A stretch of DNA of 60,000 nucleotides from positions 11,782,001 through 11,842,000 of the forward strand of contig NC_087438.1 of the NCBI RefSeq assembly GCF_036321535.1, in the 5' to 3' direction. Under the pieces are notes generated by a model, which was given only the letters and a program-made list of their open reading frames with translations, made no database searches and had not been told where the DNA came from. This DNA is from Camelus dromedarius (lineage: Eukaryota). Shown in pieces: positions 23,291-35,019 of the stretch (position 1 is its first letter; each line of letters starts with the position of its first letter). The position numbers were made by a program, and so were the translations under genes.

Positions 23291-26002
23291 TGTGACCACC
23301 TGATACATAAATAAATAAATAAATTTAGTTGTACCTATTAAAAATAAATAAAAAATGATTTTTTAATTTAAAATTTTATATTTTAATGGAAAAAACTCAA
23401 GTTTTAATTTTGTGCCAGCTTACTTTTGATATTAAGACTCATTTACTTAATTAAATTTATTCCAGTCTTAGTCCTGACCACACATAAAATTCCTTTCCAA
23501 AGATTTGCTTTTTTACAAGCTTTCTACAACTTTCTATGTCCGTTTTAGTTTGTCCCTTGTTCTCTTTCCCATTTAGAAATAAAGAGATTTAGGACAAATT
23601 CACTTTCTTTGTCCTTAACAAAAACATCTCATTCCTTATACCTTTTTATCAACCCCAAAACATATTTCACTTTTCTTCTTAGTGCTAGCAGCTTTAACCA
23701 CATATAGTAACTGGATTTCTTAATCCTTTGAAACCTTAAGTTTTTTGGCAAAAATAAAGAAAAATTGCGAACTGTGTTAGCAAGTTTTGGGTTGGTGAAC
23801 TTATAAATACATTTTATAATTTCCAGAAACATATGCTACTTCATAGCAGGTTTTTTCAATAATGCACAAGATATACATGTTTACCAATAGACCTAAATAT
23901 ATTTAGTCTCTCTGTAGTAAAAGATCAGAAGTAGGTAAACTTAGATGTGTTTAGCAATTGCTGATTGAGTATTTTATTTCATTTGGAAATGATCTAGATA
24001 TTTAGTGAATTCTTATCATTTAATTTAAGTTAGCAAAACTAAAGATGTAAATTACCAATGCAATTTAAGAAACTATTTGACGTATCATAAAACAATTATT
24101 GTTACAAAGTTCACCTAAAAACTCTTATTTTATTTACATCTGTTTAATTCACTTGTTCTTAAGAATCATACTTAGATTACTCATGAAAATTTCATGAGAT
24201 GTTAAAGCAGTTAGTAATTATCTTCAATTCTTTGTTTTTTGTTTTTTGCTGAAAAACTTTGCAACAGAGACAACATGAGCCCATCTGGATAGTAAGCCCA
24301 CGTAGAACAAAAGTTGTTTACCTGCATATTTTATGCTGACAACTCTGAAGATATACCTGTATTAATTAAACCAACAAACTTAAAATTAGCCTTTATTTAC
24401 CAAAGATTATCCTAGATCACATGAACTTGAAAAACATTTGGGTTAATTTTTATTATATTTTTAAAAAATTTTATGTAAGTGTTTGCCTCAGCCAATTAAA
24501 TAGAGCTCTTTTACAAAATAATTTTGGCAATAACATATAATGGTAGAAAAATCTATAATGTATACATACAGACATGTAGATAGACACAACCAGAGATCTC
24601 ATAGTTTACATTTTTTAACTTTAGTCGTGAATCAGGTACAACATAAAACTCACTGCTTTATAAATAACAGTTGGAATAAACTAAGTTTATTCTGGAGAAG
24701 ACTTTAATATCTATATTCTCCCTTGACAGGCAATTTTTGAGGAAGCTGTGACTTAGAGTTTTGGCAAGAGTGTTCTTCTAACAGTTTTTGTTTTAAAAGC
24801 CCTCTTTCCCTCTTTTTTTGGTGTCAGATTCTAGTGATTGCGTTAATTCAAGTTCAGTCTCAGGTGACTGCAGGCTGTGTTTACATTTCAAAGACATGAA
24901 AGATTCATAACTTTAAAGGACAGAGAAAGAAAATTTTTCTTCTAGGTGTTTTGAAGTACATTTGTCTATTATCACAAGTCTTAGGGTGATTATTATTTAA
25001 ATTTTTTCTCTTAAGTATGAGACACTTTTGCTCCAATATCCTAATTTTTTGTAACATCCACAAGCATTTGAGAGGAATAGGTGATATTCTGGGAGTGGTA
25101 AAGGTAAGTGGGCATTGACTTATTTCTAGCGTTGTATTTCTGGTTTTGTAGAGATTAGCAAGACAGAGAGAGTTGCTTCTATTAGCCGTTAAATACTGGC
25201 TTCCAGCTGATCTATTTCCTAATTATTTATAGGAGGTCCTGGAGAATTACTGAGGAGATGGGACTATTTTTTTTTAAGAAGGGGAATTTACATTGGATCC
25301 TTAAGTCCAATTTCTGTTCTTTCATCTTAATAAGGGATTCCCTAAGGAGCGTCACTATACTTTTTTTCCTTTCAATTTGATCCTCTCATAAGTACCTATA
25401 TGACAGCTGTTTATTAATTATGAAAGCTCTCAAAAATTTCCCTTCAAATAGTCAATTTAAAGGATCTAGCATATGGTCATTGACAAGTAAGATCTCATAT
25501 TAATCTCAAATAGTGACTCAAATCAATAACCTTTTTTTTTTATGGCTTAACCAAAGACAAAAGAGGTATCTCACGAGACAATATGTAGCCCTCACAAGAT
25601 CTAGAAAGTTTACTCCTAGAATCTAAGAAAGTAAAAGCCCTTCATTGCTGCAGACAGTAAGAATGATGTAGTGAAAACGGTGTCTCAGTTTCCTGTTGAA
25701 AACAAGGAATGCGTTCAGTCGCAGACCCACTAATCTGCAACACCAGGGAGGCACTACTATCATTAGCAAGGCAACAAAGGTCCCTTACGGACTGAAACAT
25801 CTTATGACAAATTCTGAGAGCTGGCACAGCCAGATGAAGAGAGGGCTGCTTGTGATTTTGTGCCTTGGTACCCCAATTTATTTGGCCACCAGATGCACCC
25901 TGGTAAGTGCACCTTCCAGATGGCAGAGACCAGTGAAAATATTCTCACTGGACACAAAGCCAAGCTCTCAGGACATAGAGCAAATGGAATGAAGATCTCA
26001 CC

Positions 26003-26164
26003 TTTTTTTTTTAAGATTTTTTTTCTTTTTTATTGACGTATAGTCAGTTTACACTGCTGTGTCAATTTCTGGTGCACAGCACAATGTTTCAGTCATCCAT
26101 ATACATACATATATTCCTTTTCACATTATTTTTCATTATAGATTACTATAAGATATTGAATATA
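26003..26164 (-). mobile_element. L1 3' end nested in ERV leader
   Basis: T tract then ttattgacgtatagtcagtttaca..gatattgaatatag. Confidence 0.88.
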
Positions 26165-26632
26165 GAAGACCCATGGCAAAGTTTGTCTAAGTGGACGTTG
26201 GCTTGGTGAGAACAATTAACTCACCCATTGGCTTGAAGAGTAGGCTTCTAGAGCCCAGGCCTGTGTCCTGCCTTATGGTTGTTCCTCTTTAGGACAAATG
26301 ATGCAATAGACAAAGACAAAAAGAGTGAACATCTCTTGGAGGAAAGAATCAATAAAAACAGAGAGCACTCATCTACAAACACCGGAGTTGCTATGTTGCA
26401 AGAAACTAGCTCCACAAATATTTTCTCCTGCTCATCTAAATTTAGAGAAAGAGAAAAAAGAACTCTAAGCCACTTTCCCTTCCACCAAAACTTGCAGGCA
26501 GAGATCTTGAAGGCTGATGTGGTACAAATCTTACCTTCTGTTGGTCTTTGTCAGACGTCCCAGGATCTCTCAGCCGCAGCAGCCTGGGTGTGGAAGGTGG
26601 GGTCCAGACAGCCTCCCAGCGGCCTCATTAAC

Positions 26633-26965
26633 TGCCAGGGAGGGGGGAACTTCCCCCATATTCTGTTGAGTTGTTGTGGCTGGACTAACAATAAAATTGA
26701 CCCAAGACAGATTAACAGGAGAAAAAGAAAGAAATTTTAATTTGTGTGCGTGGAGGTCTCATAGAAACAGGGCCTAAGAAGTGGCCAAAGCAGGAAAGTT
26801 TTTATACTTTTAGGCAAAGAAACAATAAATTCATGAGAAATCGACAGGAAAAAGAAACTTGGGTTTTGGATGCTTAATTAGAGAAGAATCTCAACTATTG
26901 GGGCTTCTTGGCCCTGAATTCCCTATCTCTGTCAGTAAGGTTGTCCTACTTCCAGACGCAGGGAG
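26633..26965 (-). mobile_element. 5' LTR of ERV1-class provirus, truncated
   Basis: tgccagggagggg..gtggctggactaacaataaaattgaccc..cagattaacag aligns by eye with 19006 onward; similarity stops at ~ccagacgcagggagt. Confidence 0.8.
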
Positions 26966-27774
26966 TCAAATCAAGCAGGCCCCAGCCAGGTCCAGTGGGG
27001 ATTTTTGAGAGTCTGCATAAATTTGGGCGTCTACGACTCGTCTCTTCTGTCAATGTACTGACACCTCAGGGTCACTCTAGACCCACTTTGCCTGCCCAGG
27101 GCCCTGAAAATGGTCTTCAAACCCAGGTGCAGAGCTGCCACTATGACCCCACTCAGCATGCCCTTGCCACTCAGGAAGATGAACGGGAAGGACTGTGGGG
27201 ACACTGGAGTCAGGCCGAGGCCACCTGGGTGGGGCATTGCAGGGTCCCAGGGCCCAGATGGAGGTTCCACGTGGGTATGTCCTCCGGCTAATGCAGATTT
27301 GCCCCAGGGAGGGGTGCACACTGTCAAAGATCAGAGTGGAAGAGCTCACACAGGGGAGCAGGGTCCAGGTATGATCTCTGATACTGAGACAGGGTCCAGC
27401 TAGGGTGATAGCAGGGTAATTCTGCTCCTCCCATACTAAGCACACCTGAGGTTCTAATCCTGGTTCCCCGGCCCCTCCAACTCTTCCATAGGATTCCTCC
27501 TTGCTTCCTCCCCTGCTTTCACCCCCCTCCTTGGTTTTCCTATTTCCTAATTCCCTCCTTTTATCTTAACATTTGGTTCCCTTCCTTCTTGACTTTTCTC
27601 CCTCAGTCCCAACTCTGCTTAGATGGCCAGCAGCACCCCTGGCCCTGTCTGGCCCTGCAGTGGTATGCAAAGTTAGAATTTCCAATCCTTATAGTACCTC
27701 ACAGATGAATTTACAGTACTTAAGTTACCATTTAAGGGAATTTTTACACAACAAAGACCTCCAAGCCGCAGCCT

Positions 27775-28485
27775 AGTCATGTTTGTTGATTCGTTCTTCT
27801 TACAAACCTTTATTAAGTGTCTATAAAATACCAGCTTTTTGACGCACAGCAGTAAAAATGCGCCCTCTCTGCTCTTTGCTTTCTAGTGTAGGAGATGGCA
27901 AATAAACCAGCTAATCCGGGTCAGAAGGATCAGTACTTGAAAGCAGTGTCAGCAGGAGCTGTGAGGGAACAGACTAGCATCGTAGAAAACATGGCCCTGA
28001 ACGGAGTGTTGAAAGGTGAGTAGGTGCTGTCTGGCTGAAGAGGAGAGAAAGGACACTCAGAAGTGATGATGTGGAAAAACTCAAGAGGTCAATCTTTCCA
28101 CATGGATTGAAAAGTGAATGTGGGGCAGTAGAGGGAATGAGGGTCCAGAAATAAAGAAGAATTGAATCAAAGATAGCCGTGCACACATACTTGAGTTCAA
28201 GTTTTCCTAAAAGTGACATGAAATGGCCACTAAAGGATTTTAAAATGACAGCATGAGAGTTCCAGCACAGTGAATTGAAGGGACCACATTATAGGTATGG
28301 AGGTCCCTTGGGAAACTACTACAGAACTCCAAGCAAGAGGGAGGAGGGGCTGGATGGAAGAGGCAGATTTGGGAGACAGAAGGAAGAGGGGATGTATAGG
28401 GCTTCGTACCTGATTAGACTGTAGGATGAGGAGGTCAACGAGCTACAGAAATCTGGGAAAGGTGTTTAGTTTCTAACTTAGGCAA
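27775..28485 (-). mobile_element. L2 fragment, continuing at ~29148-29270
   Basis: tcgttcttcttacaaacctttattaagtgtcta tail; ggccactaaaggattttaa; after the MLT2: aatgagtttggtttcagacatg. Confidence 0.6.
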
Positions 28486-28544
28486 TACATTAGGTACTGT
28501 TCTCCAAGAAATAAAACCAATAGCAGAGAAAGAGAAAGACTGAA

Positions 28545-28570
28545 TGATTGATTGATTGATTGATTGATTT
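28545..28570. repeat. (GATT)n microsatellite inside MLT2
   Basis: tgattgattgattgattgattgatt. Confidence 0.9.
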
Positions 28571-28765
28571 TAAGGAATTATCTCATGTGATTATGAGGGT
28601 CTGGCATGTCTAGAACTTGCAGGCTGGAACTAGTAAGAATTGATGTTGTAGTCTTGAGTCAGAGATCCATGGGGTAAACGAGAAGGCTGGAAATTCACAC
28701 AGACTTTCCATGTTACACTTTTGAGGCAGAATTCCTTCTTGTCTAGGAAATATCAATTTTTACTC

Positions 28766-28962
28766 TTTTTTTTTAACTGAAGTATAGTCGGTTTACAATG
28801 TGTTAATTTCTGGTGTACAGCATCGTAATTTGTTTATATATGTATATTCCTTTTCATATTCTTTTTCATTATAGGCTATACAAGATATTGAATATAGTTC
28901 CCTGTGCTGTACAGTAGGCCCTTGTTGTTTATCTATTTTATATATAGTAGTGTGTATCTGCA
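28766..28962 (-). mobile_element. L1 3' end nested in MLT2
   Basis: ttttttaactgaagtatagtcggtttacaatg..ccctgtgctgtacagtagg. Confidence 0.9.
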
Positions 28963-29669
28963 GATCTTCAACTGATTGGATGAGGCCCACCTGCATTATA
29001 AAAGATGATCTGTTTTACTTAAAGTCAAGTGATTATAAATGTCAATCACATCTACAAAATACCTTCCAGCAACATCATGACTAGTGTTTGACCAAACAAC
29101 TGGGCACAATAGCACAGCTAAATTGACATGTAAAATTAACCATCACAGGCAACAAGTGTGATGGTAGCACTGATCATTAAGTTCACTAATACAGGGAGGA
29201 AAATATTAAAGTAGAAAAATGAGTTTGGTTTCAGACATGTAGGGTTGGAAATGCCTGTGGAACCGCCAAACCAGCTCTGAAACTAACCACAGAAATGTGG
29301 TTGGATTGTGCCAGTAAGAAGGGAAAGCTTTTCAAATGAAGATGACTTGGCAATTTCAAACACTAGAGAGAAAGACAAGGACATCATCAAACTTACTGAT
29401 CTGGAGATCAATCAGAAGACCAGGGAGAATGCTGAAATGGAAGCTAAATAGTTGAAATAGATGAAAGAGGAAATAGTTGAATATGAACTACTCTTTAAGA
29501 AATCTTCCCTGACAGCCCACTGATTTCCAGGAATGTTGGATCTAGCAAAATAATGTTCAAACAACAATAATTTAGACACCTCTTTGGAGAGTCATTAACT
29601 GGAATCCAAGACGTACTCAGAGGAAGGGGCTGAACTAGGGAGGGGTCATTGTACTCCCCAACTACCTTA

Positions 29670-29800
29670 TCCTGTGTGCCCTCTGGCAAACTCCTTAACC
29701 ATTCTGATCCTTAGTCCCCTTTCCTACAAAACTGGAATAATTATACTTGGCTTAAAGAAATAGCTTGAGAATTAAACCATATTTATGTATGTAAAAGCAA
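29670..29800 (+). mobile_element. MIR fragment
   Basis: ggcaaactccttaaccattctga..cctacaaaactggaataat..gagaattaaa. Confidence 0.6.
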
Positions 29801-30602
29801 CAGTAAATTAAAAACAAAGATGCAGTACTTAGCAGCTATTATAATGTGTTATTCCCATTAAGCATTTACCCAATAATAAAAGGACATTAACATCTAAGAA
29901 TTTGGTCAACCTTTATTTAAAGCCTATTTTATACTCTTTCAGAGAAAACCATTTAGATTTATCTCCTAATTTTATAGATCACAGATCTTAGAAAACTGAA
30001 CCTCAGAAAACATTTTAAACATTTAACTATTACTTGAATTTTTGATGCATTAAAAACCATGTGGTTAGCCTTTCCTCTTTTTATATTGATGAACTCAGAG
30101 CTATGGTAGAAAAATCTCAACATGAAGCGGTACTGGTGTTCTTAGCTAATTAGAGTCAGCAGTCTTTTAGATAATTTGGGCTTTTTGTTATCTAGGCAAA
30201 AATGCAGCTAAGTTTTCATTAGGCAGAGTTAAAGACAATCCATTTTTAAAATAATTGTCATCAATTATTTTCTTCCCACTGAAGCAAGTTACTGTAACTT
30301 CATTACAAAGGAAGAAAGTGTTTTAAAAAGTGGGTGACTGATAAGCATGGCTTCCTGCTCTCTGAAGATAAACCACTGATGAGTCACAAGGTTAGAACAG
30401 AGGAATGGTGGGCTGTTTCCTTGCTGTGTCCATGTTTACAATAGGATGGCATCTGTATGTTGATTCCTAATGTGAATAATGCACTTGTATAGCACTTAAC
30501 AAAGCTCTCAGCTTCTTCCGTGTTGTCATACCAGTCCTATTATGTAGGTGAGATTCATTCATAAATATTTATTGACCTATTAGATTTACCAGATTTTCTG
30601 AT

Positions 30603-31470
30603 CTACTAGGATGTCCAAAATCCAGAACACTGACAATACCCAATGCTAGCAAGAATGTAGAGGAACTAAAACTCTCATTCCTTGCTGGTGGGAATGCAAA
30701 ATGGTACAGCCACTTTGGAAGACGGTCTGGTGGTTTCTTGAAAAACAAACATACTCTTACCATAGATCCAGTAATCGTGTTCATTGTATTTACCCTAAGG
30801 AGCTGAAAACTTATACACACGTACACAAAAAACATGAATGTTTTTTGCAGCTTTATTTATAACTGTCAAAACTTGGGAGCAACCAAGATGTCTTTTAAAA
30901 GGTGAATGGATAAATAAACTGTGGTACATCGAGACAGTGGAATATTATTCTGCGCTAAGAAGAAATCAGCTATCAAGCCGTGAAAAGATAAGGAGGAAAC
31001 TTAAATGCATATTACTGAGTGAAAGAGCCAGTCTGAAAAAGCTTCTTAGTGTATGATTTCAATCCTATGAAGTTCTGGAAAAGGCAAAACTATGGAGACA
31101 GTAAAAAGATCAGTGGTTGCCAAGGGTTGACTGGTGGGTGGGGGTGGGTGGGGGTGTTTGGGGAAGAACGAATAAGGGTTTTTAGGGCAGTAAAAATACT
31201 CTGTTACTATAATGATGGATATGTCATTAGACTTTTATCCAAACCCACAGAAAATACAATATCAAAAGTAAATCCTAATACAAACTCTGGACTATGGGTG
31301 ATTATGATGTATCAGTGTAGGTTCAGCAGCTGTAACAACTGTCCCACTCTGCTGGGGGGTGTTGATAATGGGGCAGGCTAAACAAGGGTGGGGACAGAGG
31401 TTATATGGGAAACCTCTGTACTTTCCTGTTAATTTTGCTGAACTGAAAACTGCTCTTTTAAAAATAGTCT
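30603..31470 (+). mobile_element. L1MC-like ORF2 end plus 3' UTR
   Basis: aaaatccagaacactgacaa..gggaatgcaaaatggtacagccactttggaagac; ORF FAALFITVKTWEQPRC..EWINKLWYI; tttgctgaactgaaaactgctct. Confidence 0.9.
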
Positions 31471-31471
31471 T

Positions 31472-31735
31472 TAAACATAGAATACACACTTGTGGTTTCC
31501 AAGGGGGTGGAGGGTGGGAAGGGATAGACGGGATTTCAAAATTGTAGAACAGATAAATGAGATTATACTGTATAGCACAGGGAAATATATACAAGATCTT
31601 ATTGTAGCTCACAGAGAAAAAAGTGTGACAATGAATATATATATCTTCATGAATAACTGAAAAATTGTGCTCTACACTGGAATTTGACACAACATTGTAA
31701 AATGATTATAAATCAATAAAAAATGTTTAAAAAGC
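31472..31735 (+). mobile_element. Young camelid L1 3' end inserted into the tail of the older L1
   Basis: Near-identical to 13576-13835. Confidence 0.9.
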
Positions 31736-31749
31736 AATCTTTAAAAAAA

Positions 31750-32512
31750 AGAAACCATTTCATATGTATATACAGCACTTACTATGTGCCACGTATTGTC
31801 ACAGGTGCTGGGAAAAAACTCCCTGCTCCCATGGAGTTTCTATGGAACAAGGATGTATTCAGTGCCTTTGGGAAGCTTCATTCTCTGCTAGACTCCAGAG
31901 GTCCCATAATGAGAAGGTGTTTGAGGTCCCTAATCTCACAGAGCTTGCAGTCCAGTTGGGGAAACAAACGAACCCACAGGAATAATCTGCTACCCCAGGG
32001 AGGTAAGAAAGGGGATGCTAAAGCTGGAATGAGAGGCATGTGATGTGAGCAGGAAGTGATGTTTGAGCTAAGTTCTAAAAGATCAGAATATGAGTAGAAT
32101 TCAGCCAAGAAAGAAGAAACAGAAGTGAGAATACTATGTGGGAAAGAAAGCATCAACCAGTCAGGAAAGCCATTCATGAATGTAAAGCTTAAGGTGTGCA
32201 GTGGTGTGTGGAAGGCAGACAGAAATAAACCTGCAGGAACAACGCTTGAACTGGGCAGTTCTTTTTGGGCAAAGCCTCCAAGTTGAGAGACATTAAGGCC
32301 AATTCAATTTGTTTTTCCTTAGGTTACCAGTGTAAAAAAAAATAAAGAAATATCAAAAAGGGTTATAAAAATTAGGTATTTTAAATGTTTTCTCTTAAAT
32401 AATGCTTCAACACAAATATATAAACATCAGTGACTATGTAAGTAATCTCATTTGAAGATAAAGGAAGAAATATAAATTTGTCACCTTCCATTAGTGGAAG
32501 GTTACCTCTCCT

Positions 32513-32556
<44 letters not shown>

Positions 32557-32915
32557 ACAGTGCCCAAGGCCCACAGAACACTTACTTAAGAAGTCTTCCT
32601 CATCAGGAATGATAAGAATTGGGAATTTTATCATAAGAGCAATGGGAATCCCTGGAAAAGAGCTGAAGCAGGGGAGTGACATAATCTCATTTGCAATGTT
32701 ATCAATTTTGGGTAATAGATTAAGGGGAGGCAGCATTGGAGACAGGGGACAGTTGTGAGCTCAGTGATCCACATGAAGTGGGGGGTGGTCTGGACCAGCA
32801 CAGTCGTTCTGGTATAAGGTTTGAATCAGAGAAATATTTAGATGGTAGAATCAGCAGGACTTCCTGTCCGACTGAATAAGGGACATGAGGGAGACAGAGG
32901 AAATGGTTTTCCAAT
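31750..32915 (-). mobile_element. Fragmented L2
   Basis: agcacttactatgtgcca..ggtgctggg; gaagtgatgtttgagctaag; agcaggggagtgacataatc; ggtagaatcagcaggacttc. Confidence 0.6.
32515..32559. repeat. (CA)n microsatellite
   Basis: Long acacac run. Confidence 0.95.
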
Positions 32916-32942
32916 CAAAATATTCAAGTTACTTTCAGCTTA

Positions 32943-33315
32943 TGTTAGGGACTAAGTGTTTATGTCTTCCTAAAACCCATAAGTTGAAACCCTTACCCCC
33001 AGTGTAATGTTATTTGGAGGTGGGGACTTAGGGCGGCAACTAGGTTTAGATAAAGTTGTAAGGATGGGGCTCCCGTGCTAGGATTAGTGTCCTTATAAGA
33101 AGAGAAAGACCAGAGCACTTCCTCTCTCCACCATGTGAAGACACAGCAAGAAGACAGCCAACTGCAAACTAGGAAGAGATCCTCTCTAGGAACCGAATCT
33201 ACAGGTCCAACCTTGATCTTGGACTCCCCAGTTCCAAAAATGTGAAAAATATATGTGTGTTGTTTAAGTCACCCATTCTGTGGTATTTTGCTATATGAGC
33301 CCAAGTAGACTAACA
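32943..33315 (+). mobile_element. MLT1A-like solo LTR
   Basis: gttgaaaccctta..tatttggaggtgggg..gattagtgtccttataagaagag..tgtggtattttg..gactaaca. Confidence 0.88.
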
Positions 33316-33944
33316 GTTTAAAATAAAACATCTATTTCCATAGCATTTTCACTTCCTTGAATGATTTTTTAAATCCATATAACCTTCACTGGTTTTAAAT
33401 TATTAATAATATAGTGTAATTGAGAGCTTCATTTTCAAAAGACTTTGCAGGAATATGTTGACCACAAAGAACTTTTTTTTTTAATAATGCCTTCATGTGT
33501 CCCCTTCCACTCTGTAACATTTCTAGGAGGCTCACCCTTTTGAGTAGTGATCTGACATTTGTGATCTAATTCTACAATGTATTCCCTCCCACGTGTGAAT
33601 AAACATAGATTCTGATGTGGTTCAAGCATGCCCTTACTATTAAGAAGAAGTTATTGAAAGCAATTGTCACAGTTGAATGACACATTTATAAACGCCATTC
33701 AAAAATAAATACCTAGTATTCTAGAAAGACTAAATTTTATTTCAAGATTCACTAATGTTTCTATCTTTATTAAATTTAAGAAATAAATTTCACAGACAAA
33801 CATTTTGCAGTATATGCCTCTAGAGAAAGGCCACACTCTTCCATGGAGATATATCAAGGCTAATGGATATATTCAAAGGTTAAATTACAGGACCCTAGAC
33901 CAGGCTTGATTCATGCTGTTTTATAATTGCATGCCCATGTCTAC

Positions 33945-34200
33945 GCTAGTTGATTAGCACACCATACTAATGAGGCCAGTGGCAAAAGTTCAAATCCCCA
34001 GGCAGGCAATTTGTTTTTCTCTGCTTGTGGTGCTGGCTATAACACCCACCCCAAGTCAGGCATCAGAAATGTGTGTCAGTCATTGCATCGTCAAGAGGAA
34101 GTGCCAATGGCTTAATGACAATCTGTCCTTCCCATTAGAAAAACATGTCAAAGCACATGTGCAGCTGATGGAGGGAGAGTAGTGTCACCTTCAAAGACAA
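33945..34200 (+). mobile_element. Ancient tRNA-headed SINE (MamSINE1-like)
   Basis: Degenerate tRNA head agttgattagc..ctaatgaggcca..gttcaaatcccc; body gaaaaaca.gtcaaagcacatg..ctgatgg..gtagtgtcaccttca. Confidence 0.6.
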
Positions 34201-35019
34201 TGAGTGGAACATTTCTCATATTAATACAACAAACAAAATTCCTGCCAGAAGCAAGTCATAAATGTCACTAAGAATGATGATCTTAAATTAGATTCCACAT
34301 GAATAATTTCTTCATTTTTCATCTTTGACCAAACAGCACTCAATTTGCCATTAAGTAAAAACTATGTGAAGCACACATTTACCTGCTTCCTTCCTGTCTC
34401 CCAAAATTGTTATGAGAATGAATCAGATAGTATCTTGGAGGCATTTTTAAAATAATAAAATATTCATATAAATTGTTCCCTTCTGACTCAGTGGGGGAGC
34501 AGATATATTGAGTTTTCACAAGATGAAAGCAACGGGTGATATGGCATTCAGCCTCGAACAACAGTCAGTTCAGAAAAGGAAAACAGCGTTTCGAAGACTG
34601 CTATTTGAGTAGAACAGCCAAGTGAGTTAATGATCAATTGGTAACATGACATAGAGCCATGAATCCTTCTGACACAATCATTCTTCAGTGTTCAGTTCAG
34701 CAATATTCATTGTTGAAGAGAATTCAGAAGAATCCAGGCTTTCCCAACAATAGGTCTCACTGGAACACAGTCCCACCTGTGACGTGGGGGCTCTCCTTGG
34801 CATGAAGACCTGCAAGAGATGCTTGGGGGGCTGACTACCTGAATATAAGCACAGGTCCTTAAATAAAGGAAGAGAAAAAGGGGGAACGGGGAATTACACA
34901 GGTGCAGGGTCTGGCCTTTAGATTTGTAGTTAGCTGAACCCAGAATCCACAATTCTAGAAGTCACCCTTGTGTTGTCTTTCTCATGCATATGTGATTATT
35001 GACTTAAATTGTTCTTCTC

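Larger units (their letters stand above)
19547..26632 (-). mobile_element. ERV1/MER4-group-like internal region, AT-rich, non-coding, with nested L1 insertions
   Basis: Lies between two homologous LTRs; MER4-int-like motifs (cacaaagccaagctctcaggacata; agcctcttgaggctaagaagccaag); env TM-like relic near 3' end; no long ORF. Confidence 0.75.
28486..29147 (-). mobile_element. MLT2 (ERVL) solo LTR
   Basis: ttttaaggaatt.tctcatgtgatt..ttcaactgattggatgaggcccacc..aaaattaaccatcaca; 5 bp TSD GGCAA at 28481-28485 and 29148-29152. Confidence 0.9.

Noticed and set aside
26279..26740. 153-aa ORF in the ERV
   Set aside because: Antisense to the provirus, spans the leader/LTR junction, and has no gag features
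26908..27445. Overlapping ORFs on both strands in a GC-rich patch
   Set aside because: Expected from low stop-codon density; no recognisable domain or exon structure
30838..31056. ORF with real protein similarity (FAALFITVKTWEQPRC..)
   Set aside because: It is the decayed C-terminus of L1 ORF2, not a host gene; antisense ORFs such as 22086-22463 and 55332-55652 are likewise L1-derived
31134..31154. G-quadruplex-like tract
   Set aside because: Ordinary G-rich segment of an L1 3' UTR
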